In this document: in pieces, positions 8,953-17,687 of the stretch
Numbering within the stretch: position 1 is the stretch's first letter
How the letters are laid out: each line of letters starts with the position of its first letter
Virus record (IMG/VR): IMGVR_UViG_3300013093_000022
Coordinates: 1 to 64,000 of that record
Strand: one strand, 5' to 3'
Length of the DNA: 64,000 bases
From: a virus
Program-made: the position numbers and the translations under genes
The notes under the pieces: generated by a model
What the model was told of the DNA's origin: nothing
What the model saw: only the letters and a program-made list of their open reading frames with translations
The model's database searches: none

Positions 8953-9417
8953 TCACCCGGCCTCGGAGATGAACAGGTCGACCGGGCGACCCCGGTGGAA
9001 CACCGTGCCGCCCATGATGAAGCCCGGCGAGCAGCCGCACGAGCAGCCCGCCTTGAACGAGAACCGGACTGAACCGGCGGCGGCGGGGGAGATCATGACG
9101 CCCTCCCGGCCGAGGGTGTCGGCGTCGCCGGCCAGCTTGGCCAGCAGGGCCCGCAGCCGGATACCGGCGACCTTCTTGGTGGCGTCGCGCCAGACGAGCC
9201 ACTCCTGCTCGGCGGCGACGTCCTCGGCCGGGGAGTTCTCGTCGGTGCGGTAGAGGACCCAGCGCGGCTGGGTCGCGTTCAGGTCGGCGACCAAGTCGTC
9301 GCAGGCCCCGTAGACCCGGGTCTTGGCCCCATAGCCGCGCCGGTCGTAACCCCGGGCGCGGAGTCGTACGGAGAAGCCGTCGACGACGATGGTGTCGGTG
9401 TCGGTGTTGGTGGTCAT
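8953..9417 (-). CDS. hypothetical protein with FSxKAGCSCGCSPGF motif
   Basis: GAGGAG RBS before MTTNTDT; alternative leaderless ATG at 9471. Confidence 0.75.
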   Translation of the reverse strand: MTTNTDTDTIVVDGFSVRLRARGYDRRGYGAKTRVYGACDDLVADLNATQPRWVLYRTDENSPAEDVAAEQEWLVWRDATKKVAGIRLRALLAKLAGDADTLGREGVMISPAAAGSVRFSFKAGCSCGCSPGFIMGGTVFHRGRPVDLFISEAG

Positions 9418-9480
9418 GTGGCGCTCCTCGGTCTCAGCGGGAAGGACGCCGGAGGGGTTCGCGACGTCCATGACCTTTCC

Positions 9481-9507
9481 AACCATAGGGGCGTCCGGTT
9501 TATTCCC
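9481..9507 (-). promoter_or_regulatory. ECF-type promoter motif copy 5
   Basis: GGGAATAAAccggacgcccctatgGTTGGAAAGGTCATG. Confidence 0.8.
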
Positions 9508-9542
9508 GACCCGGGGAGAATCTTTGTGTAGACCCATATCGC

Positions 9543-10010
9543 CTAGGAACCGGCGTTGTTTTTACCGTCCTGGCACGTCGGCGTCGGAAGAAGGTCTACC
9601 CCAAGAACCCGTGTCGGGCTAATTCGTGCAACTCTGGCGAGTGCTTCGGGTTCAGTTCCTTCCGCCGGTCGGGATGCACCGATCCGCGACCCCAATCCGC
9701 CTGCGTCGGAGTCGGTAGCAACGATGAACACTCGTTCCCTGCGGTGGGGTGCGCCGACATCTCCAGCGGCAAGAGTTGTCCACTGCGCGTCATACCCGAG
9801 GTCGGCCAAGTCGCCGAGTACGGCTCCGGCTGCTCGGAGAAGAGGTCGCTCTGACTGGTCTCCCAGAGTTGTGTCTGCGGATTCCACGTTGCGATGGGCT
9901 TTGGCACTGAGGAGTCCTCTCACGTTCTCGATGATCACCACACGGGGCCTGAGCTCGGCGATCGCCTCGGCGAACACGGACCACAGGCCGGACGATACGC
10001 CCCGGCACAT
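9543..10010 (-). pseudogene. headless C5 DNA methyltransferase fragment (motifs VI-VIII) with overprinted second frame 9596..9907
   Basis: ENVRGLL and HRRERVF present; motif I (FSGxGG), PCQ and motifs IX-X absent; two LLPTP modules at the end, in different frames. Confidence 0.75.
9891..9986. repeat. 96-bp perfect direct repeat, copy A (copy B 20665..20760)
   Basis: gcgatgggctttggcactgagg...gaacacggaccacag identical by direct comparison. Confidence 0.9.
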
Positions 10011-10014
10011 CCGA

Positions 10015-10149
10015 CTACCAGCCCTTCTTCCACGACTTGTCGCGCCGATCGTAGGCCCTCTTTGACTTGTGCGGCTGGGCCGCCGACGAGCGGCGCAGTT
10101 CCAGCCGGGCGCGGAGTTGTTCGGCCGAGGCCTTGGTGGAGGTGATCAT
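10015..10149 (-). CDS. small basic hypothetical protein (LRRSSAAQPH; probably leaderless)
   Basis: ATG 9 nt after promoter GTT. Confidence 0.7.
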   Translation of the reverse strand: MITSTKASAEQLRARLELRRSSAAQPHKSKRAYDRRDKSWKKGW

Positions 10150-10158
10150 GCCCGCTAC

Positions 10159-10185
10159 AACGCCACGCAAGCGGTTTTTATTCCC
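10159..10185 (-). promoter_or_regulatory. ECF-type promoter motif copy 6
   Basis: GGGAATAAAaaccgcttgcgtggcGTTGTAGCGGGCATG. Confidence 0.8.
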
Positions 10186-10255
10186 CACGACGACCCCATC
10201 CACGCATATACAGTTCCAGGTAAGACTATATAGCGCAATACCTGCTGTTCAGGGC

Positions 10256-10492
10256 CTACCCGTGGTACGGGTGGGCGAACGCCGCCACGGCACTGGCCCG
10301 GACGACCATCCACTCGTCGGCGATCCGCGAGTGGAACTTCAGGGCCACCTCGATATCGTCGTCGTCGTCCTCGTCGTAGCCCGAAACCAGCACCGAGAGG
10401 GTGCCGGGGCGGATGGGGTGCCAAGTGTCGACCAGCATCACCGACGTCACCTGGTCAATGACCTCTTTGAGGGTTCTCAACATGCGAATCAC
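10256..10492 (-). CDS. hypothetical protein, paralog of 10489..10734
   Basis: shared TS..W....PGTLS...W.V...V.A pattern. Confidence 0.65.
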   Translation of the reverse strand: MIRMLRTLKEVIDQVTSVMLVDTWHPIRPGTLSVLVSGYDEDDDDDIEVALKFHSRIADEWMVVRASAVAAFAHPYHG

Positions 10493-10734
10493 TCTCCTTC
10501 TTCTGCCGACAGTGCGGCGTTAGGCCCCGGCCCCGGGGGTAGGGGGACCGGGTAGATCACGGCGGTGACGCTGGGCAACTGGGTCACCAGCCACTGGCTC
10601 AGGCTCTTGATCTGGAACCTCACGGTTCCGGCCCCAGTCGGGGTCATGGACAGCGTTCCCGGGACGACAGAGTACCAGACGCCGCCGACCAGTATCGAGG
10701 TGATCAGGTTGATGTTGACCCCGAACAAGGTCAC
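10489..10734 (-). CDS. hypothetical protein
   Basis: GTGA overlaps both sides. Confidence 0.65.
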   Translation of the reverse strand: MTLFGVNINLITSILVGGVWYSVVPGTLSMTPTGAGTVRFQIKSLSQWLVTQLPSVTAVIYPVPLPPGPGPNAALSAEEGE

Positions 10735-11339
10735 GAGCCGCCCTCCCTCTTCCCGGAGGCGACCGGTTCGTGCGCCGGGAACCCGTACGACTCCAGCATG
10801 TCGTTCAACTCACTGTACTCGTCGGCTTCTGAGAACTGCCTACGGCTCGCCTCCAGACGCCGCTGGTAGCCGTACCAGAGGGTATCGGAATCGTGGGGCG
10901 ACAATCGGTCGCCGTTCACCCAGTACGCGGTCACCCGGGCACGCTGGGTCCTCAAACCCTTGTCGCCGATGATGGTGAACCCCTCGGCGGCGATGACCGC
11001 CACCATCCGATTCACGAAAATCGGGCCCGACTCGTACAGGGCCTTCACCGAGAAGGAGCCGTAGATCCCGCACCGGCACCTCTCGTGCGGAGAATCGTGG
11101 GGCTCGTCGTATCCGCCCAGCCAGTAGGCCCGCATGCCGTTCGGGAGGATGTCCCCCTCACGGCTCTCCCCCTTGTGACATACCGCCTCGCAGGTGCCGG
11201 TCAGCCAGGCCTCGGGGTCGTTCACCGAGATCGGTGCCAAGACCTGGTCTTGCGGCCGGGACGCGAAAGGGAATCGCGTTGAGAAGGTCCTCAAGGCGAA
11301 CCTGCCGACCTCGATGTCGTCCAGCGTCACCGGCTCCAT
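10731..11339 (-). CDS. conserved hypothetical protein with PH..CxCGIYG motif
   Basis: clear paralog of 48280..48774 (ALRTF, CxCGIYGS, VIAxEGxTIIG.xGLRT..ARV.AxW). Confidence 0.75.
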   Translation of the reverse strand: MEPVTLDDIEVGRFALRTFSTRFPFASRPQDQVLAPISVNDPEAWLTGTCEAVCHKGESREGDILPNGMRAYWLGGYDEPHDSPHERCRCGIYGSFSVKALYESGPIFVNRMVAVIAAEGFTIIGDKGLRTQRARVTAYWVNGDRLSPHDSDTLWYGYQRRLEASRRQFSEADEYSELNDMLESYGFPAHEPVASGKREGGS

Positions 11340-11515
11340 ATGGGGGCACCCTTCAAACCGACGGGCATCGGCTCGTGCAGGACACGGCAGAATCCCGGGG
11401 ACATGTTTTCCTGACAGTACAAACTCCCCGAGGGGTCACTGGTCGGCACCCATTGCCCCGACGGGTGCTGGACGAGATCGGTGTAGCAGTGGCGGCAGAC
11501 ACCACGGTAGCTCAT
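11327..11515 (-). CDS. small Cys-rich hypothetical protein
   Basis: AGGA RBS; CRHC..YC..FC..H. Confidence 0.55.
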   Translation of the reverse strand: MSYRGVCRHCYTDLVQHPSGQWVPTSDPSGSLYCQENMSPGFCRVLHEPMPVGLKGAPIWSR

Positions 11516-11769
11516 TCCTTCTTCCTCTTCCTCCGAACCGGCCTCTCGTCGGCCGACTCCTGTCGGGCCTCGACCGCCAAGTGCCTCAACTCGGCGTGCT
11601 CTTTGGCGTCGGCGAGGTGCTTGAAGCTGCCCAGCTTCTGCCCTTGATGCCTGAGGTGCCATCGGGCACCCGGGGCCGAGTGTGCGGGAACGATCTCATA
11701 GTCTCCGCTGGTGTGCTTGGTGCCGCCGACGAACCTCTTGTGACGCCCGGGAACCCAGTCTTCCATCAC
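11512..11769 (-). CDS. hypothetical protein
   Basis: overlap chain. Confidence 0.6.
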   Translation of the reverse strand: MMEDWVPGRHKRFVGGTKHTSGDYEIVPAHSAPGARWHLRHQGQKLGSFKHLADAKEHAELRHLAVEARQESADERPVRRKRKKE

Positions 11770-12155
11770 ACCAAAATATCATGGACGATGACGTTGTCGT
11801 TGAAGACGGGCAGGGGAACCCTCTTGATCGCCTTCGGGGCCCTGTTCGCCGACGACGACGAGTGGGGCTCGTACTGGGGGCACAGGTAGTGGACCGCGTC
11901 GACGACGAAGCTCTCGGCGTGGGCCATGTCGATGTCCTCGTTGGCGTACAGGACCTTCGCCGCCTGGAGCCCGTTGTGGCCCGACGACAGGTAGCCGCAC
12001 ACGTACTGGCCGTTGGTCAGGACCGAACTGGGGGTGCCCACGATCCCGTCCGACTTGACGGCCGCCAGGAACGACGACACATCCGGGTCTGCCGACGCCA
12101 CCGGGGTCGCGGCGAACAGAGACGACAGCAGCGCGGCCGCAAAGAAGCCCCTCAT
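11766..12155 (-). CDS. secreted DUF732-like protein
   Basis: signal peptide ending ASA-DP; FL.A.....GI...G..VC..L...A..FV..AV..LCP pattern. Confidence 0.75.
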   Translation of the reverse strand: MRGFFAAALLSSLFAATPVASADPDVSSFLAAVKSDGIVGTPSSVLTNGQYVCGYLSSGHNGLQAAKVLYANEDIDMAHAESFVVDAVHYLCPQYEPHSSSSANRAPKAIKRVPLPVFNDNVIVHDILV

Positions 12156-12523
12156 CCCGATATCTCCCTCAGGGTCTCGTCTGAGAGCAGGACGGCGTCG
12201 CGCCACGGGTGGCCGTCGTCCTGGGTGACCTGGACCATCGCCGACCAGATCCTCTGGTCGGGGTCGGGAGGCTCGACGCCGAGCGACCGCCAGTCGTCGG
12301 GCGACATCTCCACGATCGACCTCAAGACCAGCTCTCCGGTCGGCGTCTGGACCCTGCACATGCCGGTCGGCCGGGCGAGATCTGCGATCACGTGGCCCCA
12401 GATGCACATCGGGGACAGGACACCGGCCGGTGTCTCGTCGAAGTACCAGTAGTAGGCGACCCGGTCGGGGTCGTCGGCGGCCAACCGGCGGATTCGGTCG
12501 GTCAGTTCGGAAAATTGCCTCAT
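12152..12523 (-). CDS. hypothetical protein
   Basis: AAGGGAG RBS; PMCIWGH and Q..QD.G.PW motifs. Confidence 0.7.
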   Translation of the reverse strand: MRQFSELTDRIRRLAADDPDRVAYYWYFDETPAGVLSPMCIWGHVIADLARPTGMCRVQTPTGELVLRSIVEMSPDDWRSLGVEPPDPDQRIWSAMVQVTQDDGHPWRDAVLLSDETLREISG

Positions 12524-12548
12524 GAATCGCACTCCCTTCACCGGCTTC

Positions 12549-12575
12549 AACGCACGGCCGCCGGAACCTATTCCC
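12549..12575 (-). promoter_or_regulatory. ECF-type promoter motif copy 7
   Basis: GGGAATAggttccggcggccgtgcGTTG (N18). Confidence 0.7.
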
Positions 12576-12845
12576 CTAGGGTCCGTCGCACGCCGACCAG
12601 ACGTCGTTGACCTTGGAGCACAGGTCGCTGTACTCGATCCCGGCGTTGTTGTCGTCGCAGCATTGGCAGAGGATGGGGCTCTTGTAGTGGTCGGCGATCG
12701 GGCCCGAGCCTATGACCTTGGCCCAGTAGGCCTGCTGGCTGAGGTCCAGCGGCCTCGCCCACCGCAGGCGGAGGGGGATCGTGAAGTCGCCGAGACCGAT
12801 CCTCCCCGTCAGGAGGAACAACGAGTGACTGAGCGCCCTTCTCAC
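12576..12845 (-). CDS. hypothetical protein
   Basis: GTGA overlap. Confidence 0.55.
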   Translation of the reverse strand: MRRALSHSLFLLTGRIGLGDFTIPLRLRWARPLDLSQQAYWAKVIGSGPIADHYKSPILCQCCDDNNAGIEYSDLCSKVNDVWSACDGP

Positions 12846-13099
12846 GGCCGCCCCCCTTCCAGCTCTCCCTGCACGGCCTTGGCGAGTTGGGCGATGTCGA
12901 TGACTGCGTCGATCGCGGCGTCGAACCTGTCCTTCCGGAATATCACGGTTCCGTTGCCTTGGCGGTCAAGCCTGGCCTGCTCAACGAGGTTCATCTCGAT
13001 CGCGGCGAAAATCCTCCTGCCCCGGTCGTCAAGGAAGTGGGGAGGGTCATGGGCGGGGCTGTTGAAGTAGTCGTGGCCGGGGTCGCTGTAGCCCATCAT
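12842..13099 (-). CDS. hypothetical protein
   Basis: ATGA overlap, start MMGYSD. Confidence 0.6.
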   Translation of the reverse strand: MMGYSDPGHDYFNSPAHDPPHFLDDRGRRIFAAIEMNLVEQARLDRQGNGTVIFRKDRFDAAIDAVIDIAQLAKAVQGELEGGRP

Positions 13100-13359
13100 A
13101 TCTTCAGCCACATCAACCCAGGCCGGTCGATGCCCGAAAGGCAGACCGAGCACAGCGAGTAGTGGACCAGCTTGTGCGGGTCGCAGGAGAAGATGACCCG
13201 ATCGCAGCACAGCAGCCTGGCCCACCAAGAGGCCGAGTTCTCGCACACCTGCAGGTCGATGACCTGGCCGCCGCGCCGGACTGAGATTCGGGAGTCGCAC
13301 GGTACGGCGAAGTCGTGGCCCTCCAAGGGGGAGGTCTCGCAGTGGGTTGACCCTGACAT
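13096..13359 (-). CDS. Cys-rich hypothetical protein
   Basis: C..C..CC..C..H..CxxC. Confidence 0.55.
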   Translation of the reverse strand: MSGSTHCETSPLEGHDFAVPCDSRISVRRGGQVIDLQVCENSASWWARLLCCDRVIFSCDPHKLVHYSLCSVCLSGIDRPGLMWLKI

Positions 13360-13537
13360 TTCCCGACCAGCCGTTCTGTGCTACTTAAATCCCGGATACT
13401 TTACATCTATTCAAAACAAATTGGGAAGCCCTTTTACTCAATGAGTAGCTGAGAAGGAATAGTGCCACGATAAGGGCACCCACCGACCTCACAGCCATTT
13501 TTCAGACCAAGTCTCACCAGTCATACCAGTCCTTGAC

Positions 13538-15058
13538 TCACAGGGGGTGCTCGTCGGCCAGGACACGCATGAATCCCGGCTCCGCGATCGCGGCGGCGTA
13601 CCGGTCTGCCAGGCGGCTGTTCGCCAGCCCCCACGACTGACCCACCCACTGCCGGTCGGCCAGGCCGCTCCCGATACGGGCGTGCCACAGGTGCAACACC
13701 CTGCCCGTGTACACCTCGTGCTGGCCCCACAGGCAGTCCAGCGAGCGCAGCAGGCTCACGTCCTCCGAGCCCCAGCCCCGGAACCTCGGGTCCATTCCGT
13801 TGACCTCGAAGAAAGCCCCCCGGGGCATCATTTGGGCCATCGCCCCGTACTCGTGGCCCGCGAACGGACTGTACGGGGTGTAGGGGGTGTGGCCGCCGAC
13901 CACCTCGGTCTCGCCCGGCCCCGGCACGAAATCGATGACCGGTCCGCGAGGATCGCCCTCAATGACCCTTGTCGTCACCGACTCGCTGAGCCGGTACAAC
14001 TCGTTGTACGGCATCATCCAGGTCCGACGCCCAGCCGACTCGATACGGTTCGCACACTCAATTATCGACTGAGGAGACAGATAGGTGTCGGCGTCAACAA
14101 TGGCGAACACCCGACCCCGGGCAATCCTGGCGGCGTTGTTCACGGCCACGGCCTTAGAAAATGGGGTGCCGTCATCCGAAGCCTGAATGATCTCGGCGTC
14201 CAACCCCCTAGACCGCCAATAGCTCCGCAGCCACCTCCAGACCCGGCTCCGGTGCTCGCCGTCGTCCCGAAAGGGGACAAGCAGAGAAACCTGGGGCTCA
14301 CGGCGGCGATCAGGAGATGGAAGGTCAATGCCAACCGCAGTCTGAAGCGCCGCGTACAGCTCACCCTGGACCCTCCCCACCTTCCGCCGGTCGACCAGGT
14401 GCATCCTCCCGAACATGGGCTCCTCACCGTACACCGAAGTGTAGTCCCGATACTTGAAGTCGCCCCCGTCCCGGTACGACAGGAAGGGCAGCTCGGCTTG
14501 GCGGGGGATGCCGTAGGCGTCGGCGATGACGATCCCGTGGAGGCTGGAACTGATGATCGACTTGCACTGGATGATCTGCTCGACGACCTTCTCGGCGGGC
14601 TGGCGGGGGTCGATGTAGCGCCCGTACGAGAAACGCCCCCGAAGCTCCGTGTCGCTCCAGTGGGGGACCACGCCGAGCGGGTACTTGGGCTGGGCCGGCC
14701 TGATCCACCGAGGGGCCAGCAGGCCGGGGTCTCCCAGGGGCACGTCAGGGCCGGCCCCCATGACCGCCGACCGGGTCAGCTCCCCGCGCAGGGCCAGGAC
14801 CCTGGCACTGCTCAAGTTGATCCGGGTCGACGGGTAGAGGACACCGGCGCCGCACACGGTCCCCGCCCAATCCTCGGGCAGATGCTCGAGCACGGAACCG
14901 CACACCACCAGTTCCGCCTCGGCCGGGCACCTGTAGTGGCAGTCGGAGTAGACGTGCTCAAAGTCGACGGCCATCTTCCCAAGGATGAACCGGTTGAGGT
15001 CGTCGCCGAAATTGCAGGCTTCACCTGGCATTTTCCACCAGTAGGCCTTCACAGGCAC
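13538..15058 (-). CDS. polysaccharide pyruvyltransferase-like domain fused to a GT2/GT7-like glycosyltransferase
   Basis: N-half NFGDDLN, CGSVL, LRGELT, GDPGLL, SSSLHGIVIADAYGIP; C-half SLLVPFR, AVNNAA, VDAD, NGMDPRFRGWGSED, HLWH. Confidence 0.85.
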   Translation of the reverse strand: MPVKAYWWKMPGEACNFGDDLNRFILGKMAVDFEHVYSDCHYRCPAEAELVVCGSVLEHLPEDWAGTVCGAGVLYPSTRINLSSARVLALRGELTRSAVMGAGPDVPLGDPGLLAPRWIRPAQPKYPLGVVPHWSDTELRGRFSYGRYIDPRQPAEKVVEQIIQCKSIISSSLHGIVIADAYGIPRQAELPFLSYRDGGDFKYRDYTSVYGEEPMFGRMHLVDRRKVGRVQGELYAALQTAVGIDLPSPDRRREPQVSLLVPFRDDGEHRSRVWRWLRSYWRSRGLDAEIIQASDDGTPFSKAVAVNNAARIARGRVFAIVDADTYLSPQSIIECANRIESAGRRTWMMPYNELYRLSESVTTRVIEGDPRGPVIDFVPGPGETEVVGGHTPYTPYSPFAGHEYGAMAQMMPRGAFFEVNGMDPRFRGWGSEDVSLLRSLDCLWGQHEVYTGRVLHLWHARIGSGLADRQWVGQSWGLANSRLADRYAAAIAEPGFMRVLADEHPL

Positions 15059-15091
15059 CGTCCTCCCCGAGGCTAGAAGAGGGGAACCCCC

Positions 15092-15256
15092 TCACCCATT
15101 CTCGGGGTCCGGGCCGGGGTTTACACCCTCGAACTCGCGGCGCTCGACGGCCTGGGCGATCTTCTCCCGGACCACCGCGTGGGCCACACGCTCGTGGTTC
15201 GGGGGAAGGCCGAGGGCGGTCGACCAGACGGCATAGGAGTGTAACCAAGTGTTCAT
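15092..15256 (-). CDS. hypothetical protein
   Basis: ATGA overlap. Confidence 0.45.
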   Translation of the reverse strand: MNTWLHSYAVWSTALGLPPNHERVAHAVVREKIAQAVERREFEGVNPGPDPENG

Positions 15257-15432
15257 ACGTGCCGGGCCTGGCTCTCCCGGCTGTACAGCAGCCCGAGCAG
15301 GGCCTCGGCAATGGCGGCCTGGGCCAGCACACCGGCCTGCGCGGCGTCGAAGCCCACCCGGTCCTTGTTCTCGGCGATCGTCAACAGCAACTTCTCGGCA
15401 CGCTGGTAGTGGCGCATGGCATTGCTCTGCAT
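15253..15432 (-). CDS. hypothetical protein (HYQRAEKLL)
   Basis: helical small protein; start uncertain. Confidence 0.55.
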   Translation of the reverse strand: MQSNAMRHYQRAEKLLLTIAENKDRVGFDAAQAGVLAQAAIAEALLGLLYSRESQARHV

Positions 15433-15449
15433 GGTGACACGATACCAAA

Positions 15450-15644
15450 TCAGGTGTCGTAAACGGGGTTGTTTATGACCAGTTTGGATCTCATGCACAC
15501 CGGCGGGTAGACCTCGCTGCAGATGCGGGTCGGGACCGTCCACACGACACCCGGGCCGGCCCCCCGATTGGGTTCCCGGTGCATGGCCGAGAGGGCGATG
15601 GAGGCTGCGGCCGAACAGGCCAGCAGGAAACGGAGAAACCTCAA
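15450..15644 (-). CDS. putative small secreted/membrane protein
   Basis: hydrophobic N-terminus, GAGGAGGG RBS. Confidence 0.5.
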   Translation of the reverse strand: MRFLRFLLACSAAASIALSAMHREPNRGAGPGVVWTVPTRICSEVYPPVCMRSKLVINNPVYDT

Positions 15645-15655
15645 CCGGCCCTCCT

Positions 15656-16396
15656 CTACGGGAGCGGGTGACCTCCGGACCTCAAATAATCGCCCAGCGA
15701 ATCGGGGACCACCGACAAAGACAGAACCTCGGAAAGGATTCGATGGTTCTGCACATTATTGACATCTTGTGGATCATTTCTATTTGCCGGATGCCACAGG
15801 TGATACGCTCCCCCGGCCTGCCACCGGACGCCACCCCCATACACCTCAAACAGGACTCTCATGATCTCGTCCTCCGCGCCCCACCCCTGCAACTCGATAA
15901 ATCCACCCACGGCCTCGTACGCGGCCCTGGTGACCACCTGGATGCCGGAGGCGTGGTGGTGACGGACCGAGCGCCGGAAGCCGTCCTCGTGGCGCTCAGG
16001 GGCCAAAAAAGACCACTTCACATCGTCGCACGAGTTGTGGGACCAGTTTAAGATCCGACGGGTGCTGTATTCGTCGAGATACATGTAAGTCGCGAACGGA
16101 TAGACGCATCCACACTGGTCTTCGCTCAGGGCAACAGTAACCGCGTTCCTCAACAGCCACGGGTCAACAATGTTATCGGAATCGCTGATAATGGCCGCAT
16201 CCCAGTCACCAGCCGCCTCGGCGGCCCTATTGATTGCAGCGCCTCGATTGAAAGGCCCGTCGGGACCGGCCCCCAAATAGATCGGCCAAGGATGGTTTTG
16301 TTGGATCCAGGACCGAGTGAAGTCCCACAACCGGTCGCGCCACTCGGTCGCCTGACGATACGGGACCAACACCACCACCCGGGGCTTTACGGCCAT
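15656..16396 (-). CDS. glycosyltransferase (GT2/GT7-like)
   Basis: VLVPYR, FNRGAAINRAA, DSD, VGGF...GWGAED, HLWH. Confidence 0.85.
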   Translation of the reverse strand: MAVKPRVVVLVPYRQATEWRDRLWDFTRSWIQQNHPWPIYLGAGPDGPFNRGAAINRAAEAAGDWDAAIISDSDNIVDPWLLRNAVTVALSEDQCGCVYPFATYMYLDEYSTRRILNWSHNSCDDVKWSFLAPERHEDGFRRSVRHHHASGIQVVTRAAYEAVGGFIELQGWGAEDEIMRVLFEVYGGGVRWQAGGAYHLWHPANRNDPQDVNNVQNHRILSEVLSLSVVPDSLGDYLRSGGHPLP

Positions 16397-17112
16397 GTAT
16401 GTCCCAATTGGTCGGCCAGGTAGTCGCGAACCAGATCCCGGGCGTTGGCGTGACAGGCCAATGCCCCGATCTCCTGCCAGACCCGGTGGTTGCGGTCGGT
16501 GTCGTCGGTCAACCGGCTCCTAGGGTGCCAGAAGTGCAGCAGTATCCCCCGGGGCATCCACATCACCCCGTCGCCGAACAGGTTCGCCTGGGCGAGGAAC
16601 ACCAGGTCCTCATACCCCCATCCGGCCAGCGACTCGACATAGCCGCCGGTCGCGTCCCACAATCGGCGAGAGATCGCCATCACCCCACTCGACGGCTCAC
16701 CGTAGATGGAGTCGCTCGCCCCGGTCCCGGTCTTGGGCAAGCAGCCGTCGGGCCTGGGGAACCAGACCCCTTGGCGCATGATCCGGTCGCTGGAATCCAC
16801 GTCCATGCACATCCGGGTGTCCCCGGCGACGACCAGGTTCAGGGAGTGCCGTGCCCGTCGGACAGCATCCTCCACAACATCCGGCGGCCCGACGGTATCA
16901 GCATCCATAATGAGGCCAACGTCCCAGTCGCCAGCCATACGGGCGGCATCGTTACGCGCCTTCGCCATTGAGAAGACCTCACCGTCGTCGTCCCTCCCCT
17001 CGTAGATGGGCCAATCGGGGTGGTGGGCCCGCATCCAGCCCTTGACCCAGGCCCATATCTCATCGCGACGTCCGTGGTCCTCGCGGCGGGGAACCAGCAC
17101 GGCGACCTTCAT
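16387..17112 (-). CDS. glycosyltransferase (GT2/GT7-like)
   Basis: start MKVAVLVPRR; ARNDAA, DAD, GGY...GWGYED, HFWH. Confidence 0.85.
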   Translation of the reverse strand: MKVAVLVPRREDHGRRDEIWAWVKGWMRAHHPDWPIYEGRDDDGEVFSMAKARNDAARMAGDWDVGLIMDADTVGPPDVVEDAVRRARHSLNLVVAGDTRMCMDVDSSDRIMRQGVWFPRPDGCLPKTGTGASDSIYGEPSSGVMAISRRLWDATGGYVESLAGWGYEDLVFLAQANLFGDGVMWMPRGILLHFWHPRSRLTDDTDRNHRVWQEIGALACHANARDLVRDYLADQLGHTWP

Positions 17113-17687
17113 TTGACCGCCTCCATCACCATCGTCTCCCGCTCCAAGAAGTCTTCGGGCATGCGCCCCACGTTCTCCAGGCCCCGCAGCTCCTTGAACT
17201 GGCTGACCGATATGTCTTGGACGTAGGCCCGCCGGAACCCGGCCGCCATCAGGGAGGTGTGCAGGGTCTTGCCGTCGTAGATGAACAGGTGGCCCCAGTC
17301 GCGGACGAAGTTGTTGATCACCATGCACGACGACACGTACGGGGCGTCGGGGAGGAACTGCTCGGTCGCCCACCTCAAGTAGTCGATGTTCCCGTCCGGG
17401 TCGCGCAATAGGGACATCAGGAAGTACATGTTCGGGGTGGCGACCCGAAGAGTGCCCCCCGGCCGCAGCACCCGGCGCGACTCGCGGAGCATGTGCAGGC
17501 CCTGGGACCACGTCATGTGCTCGATCAAATGCTCGGTGAAGACGAAGTCAAAGGTGTCGTCGGGGAAGCAGAACTCCTCGGTGACGTCCATGATGAGGAT
17601 GTCCTCCCGGCGGGGCAGTTCGGTGTCGCTGTCGACGTTGACCCAGCCGTCAAGAAAGTTGTGCCCGCACCCCAAGTGCAGCTTCAC
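17109..17687 (-). CDS. class I SAM-dependent methyltransferase (glycan-type)
   Basis: KLHLGCG, GWVNVD, EHLIEH, RVLRPGG..R.ATP. Confidence 0.85.
   Translation of the reverse strand: MKLHLGCGHNFLDGWVNVDSDTELPRREDILIMDVTEEFCFPDDTFDFVFTEHLIEHMTWSQGLHMLRESRRVLRPGGTLRVATPNMYFLMSLLRDPDGNIDYLRWATEQFLPDAPYVSSCMVINNFVRDWGHLFIYDGKTLHTSLMAAGFRRAYVQDISVSQFKELRGLENVGRMPEDFLERETMVMEAVK

Noticed and set aside
12568-12762. ORF ending in promoter copy 7 (...GE-stop)
   Set aside because: The overlapping frame 12576..12845 has a coupled start and more protein-like content, so this was not counted as a sixth stop-in-motif case.
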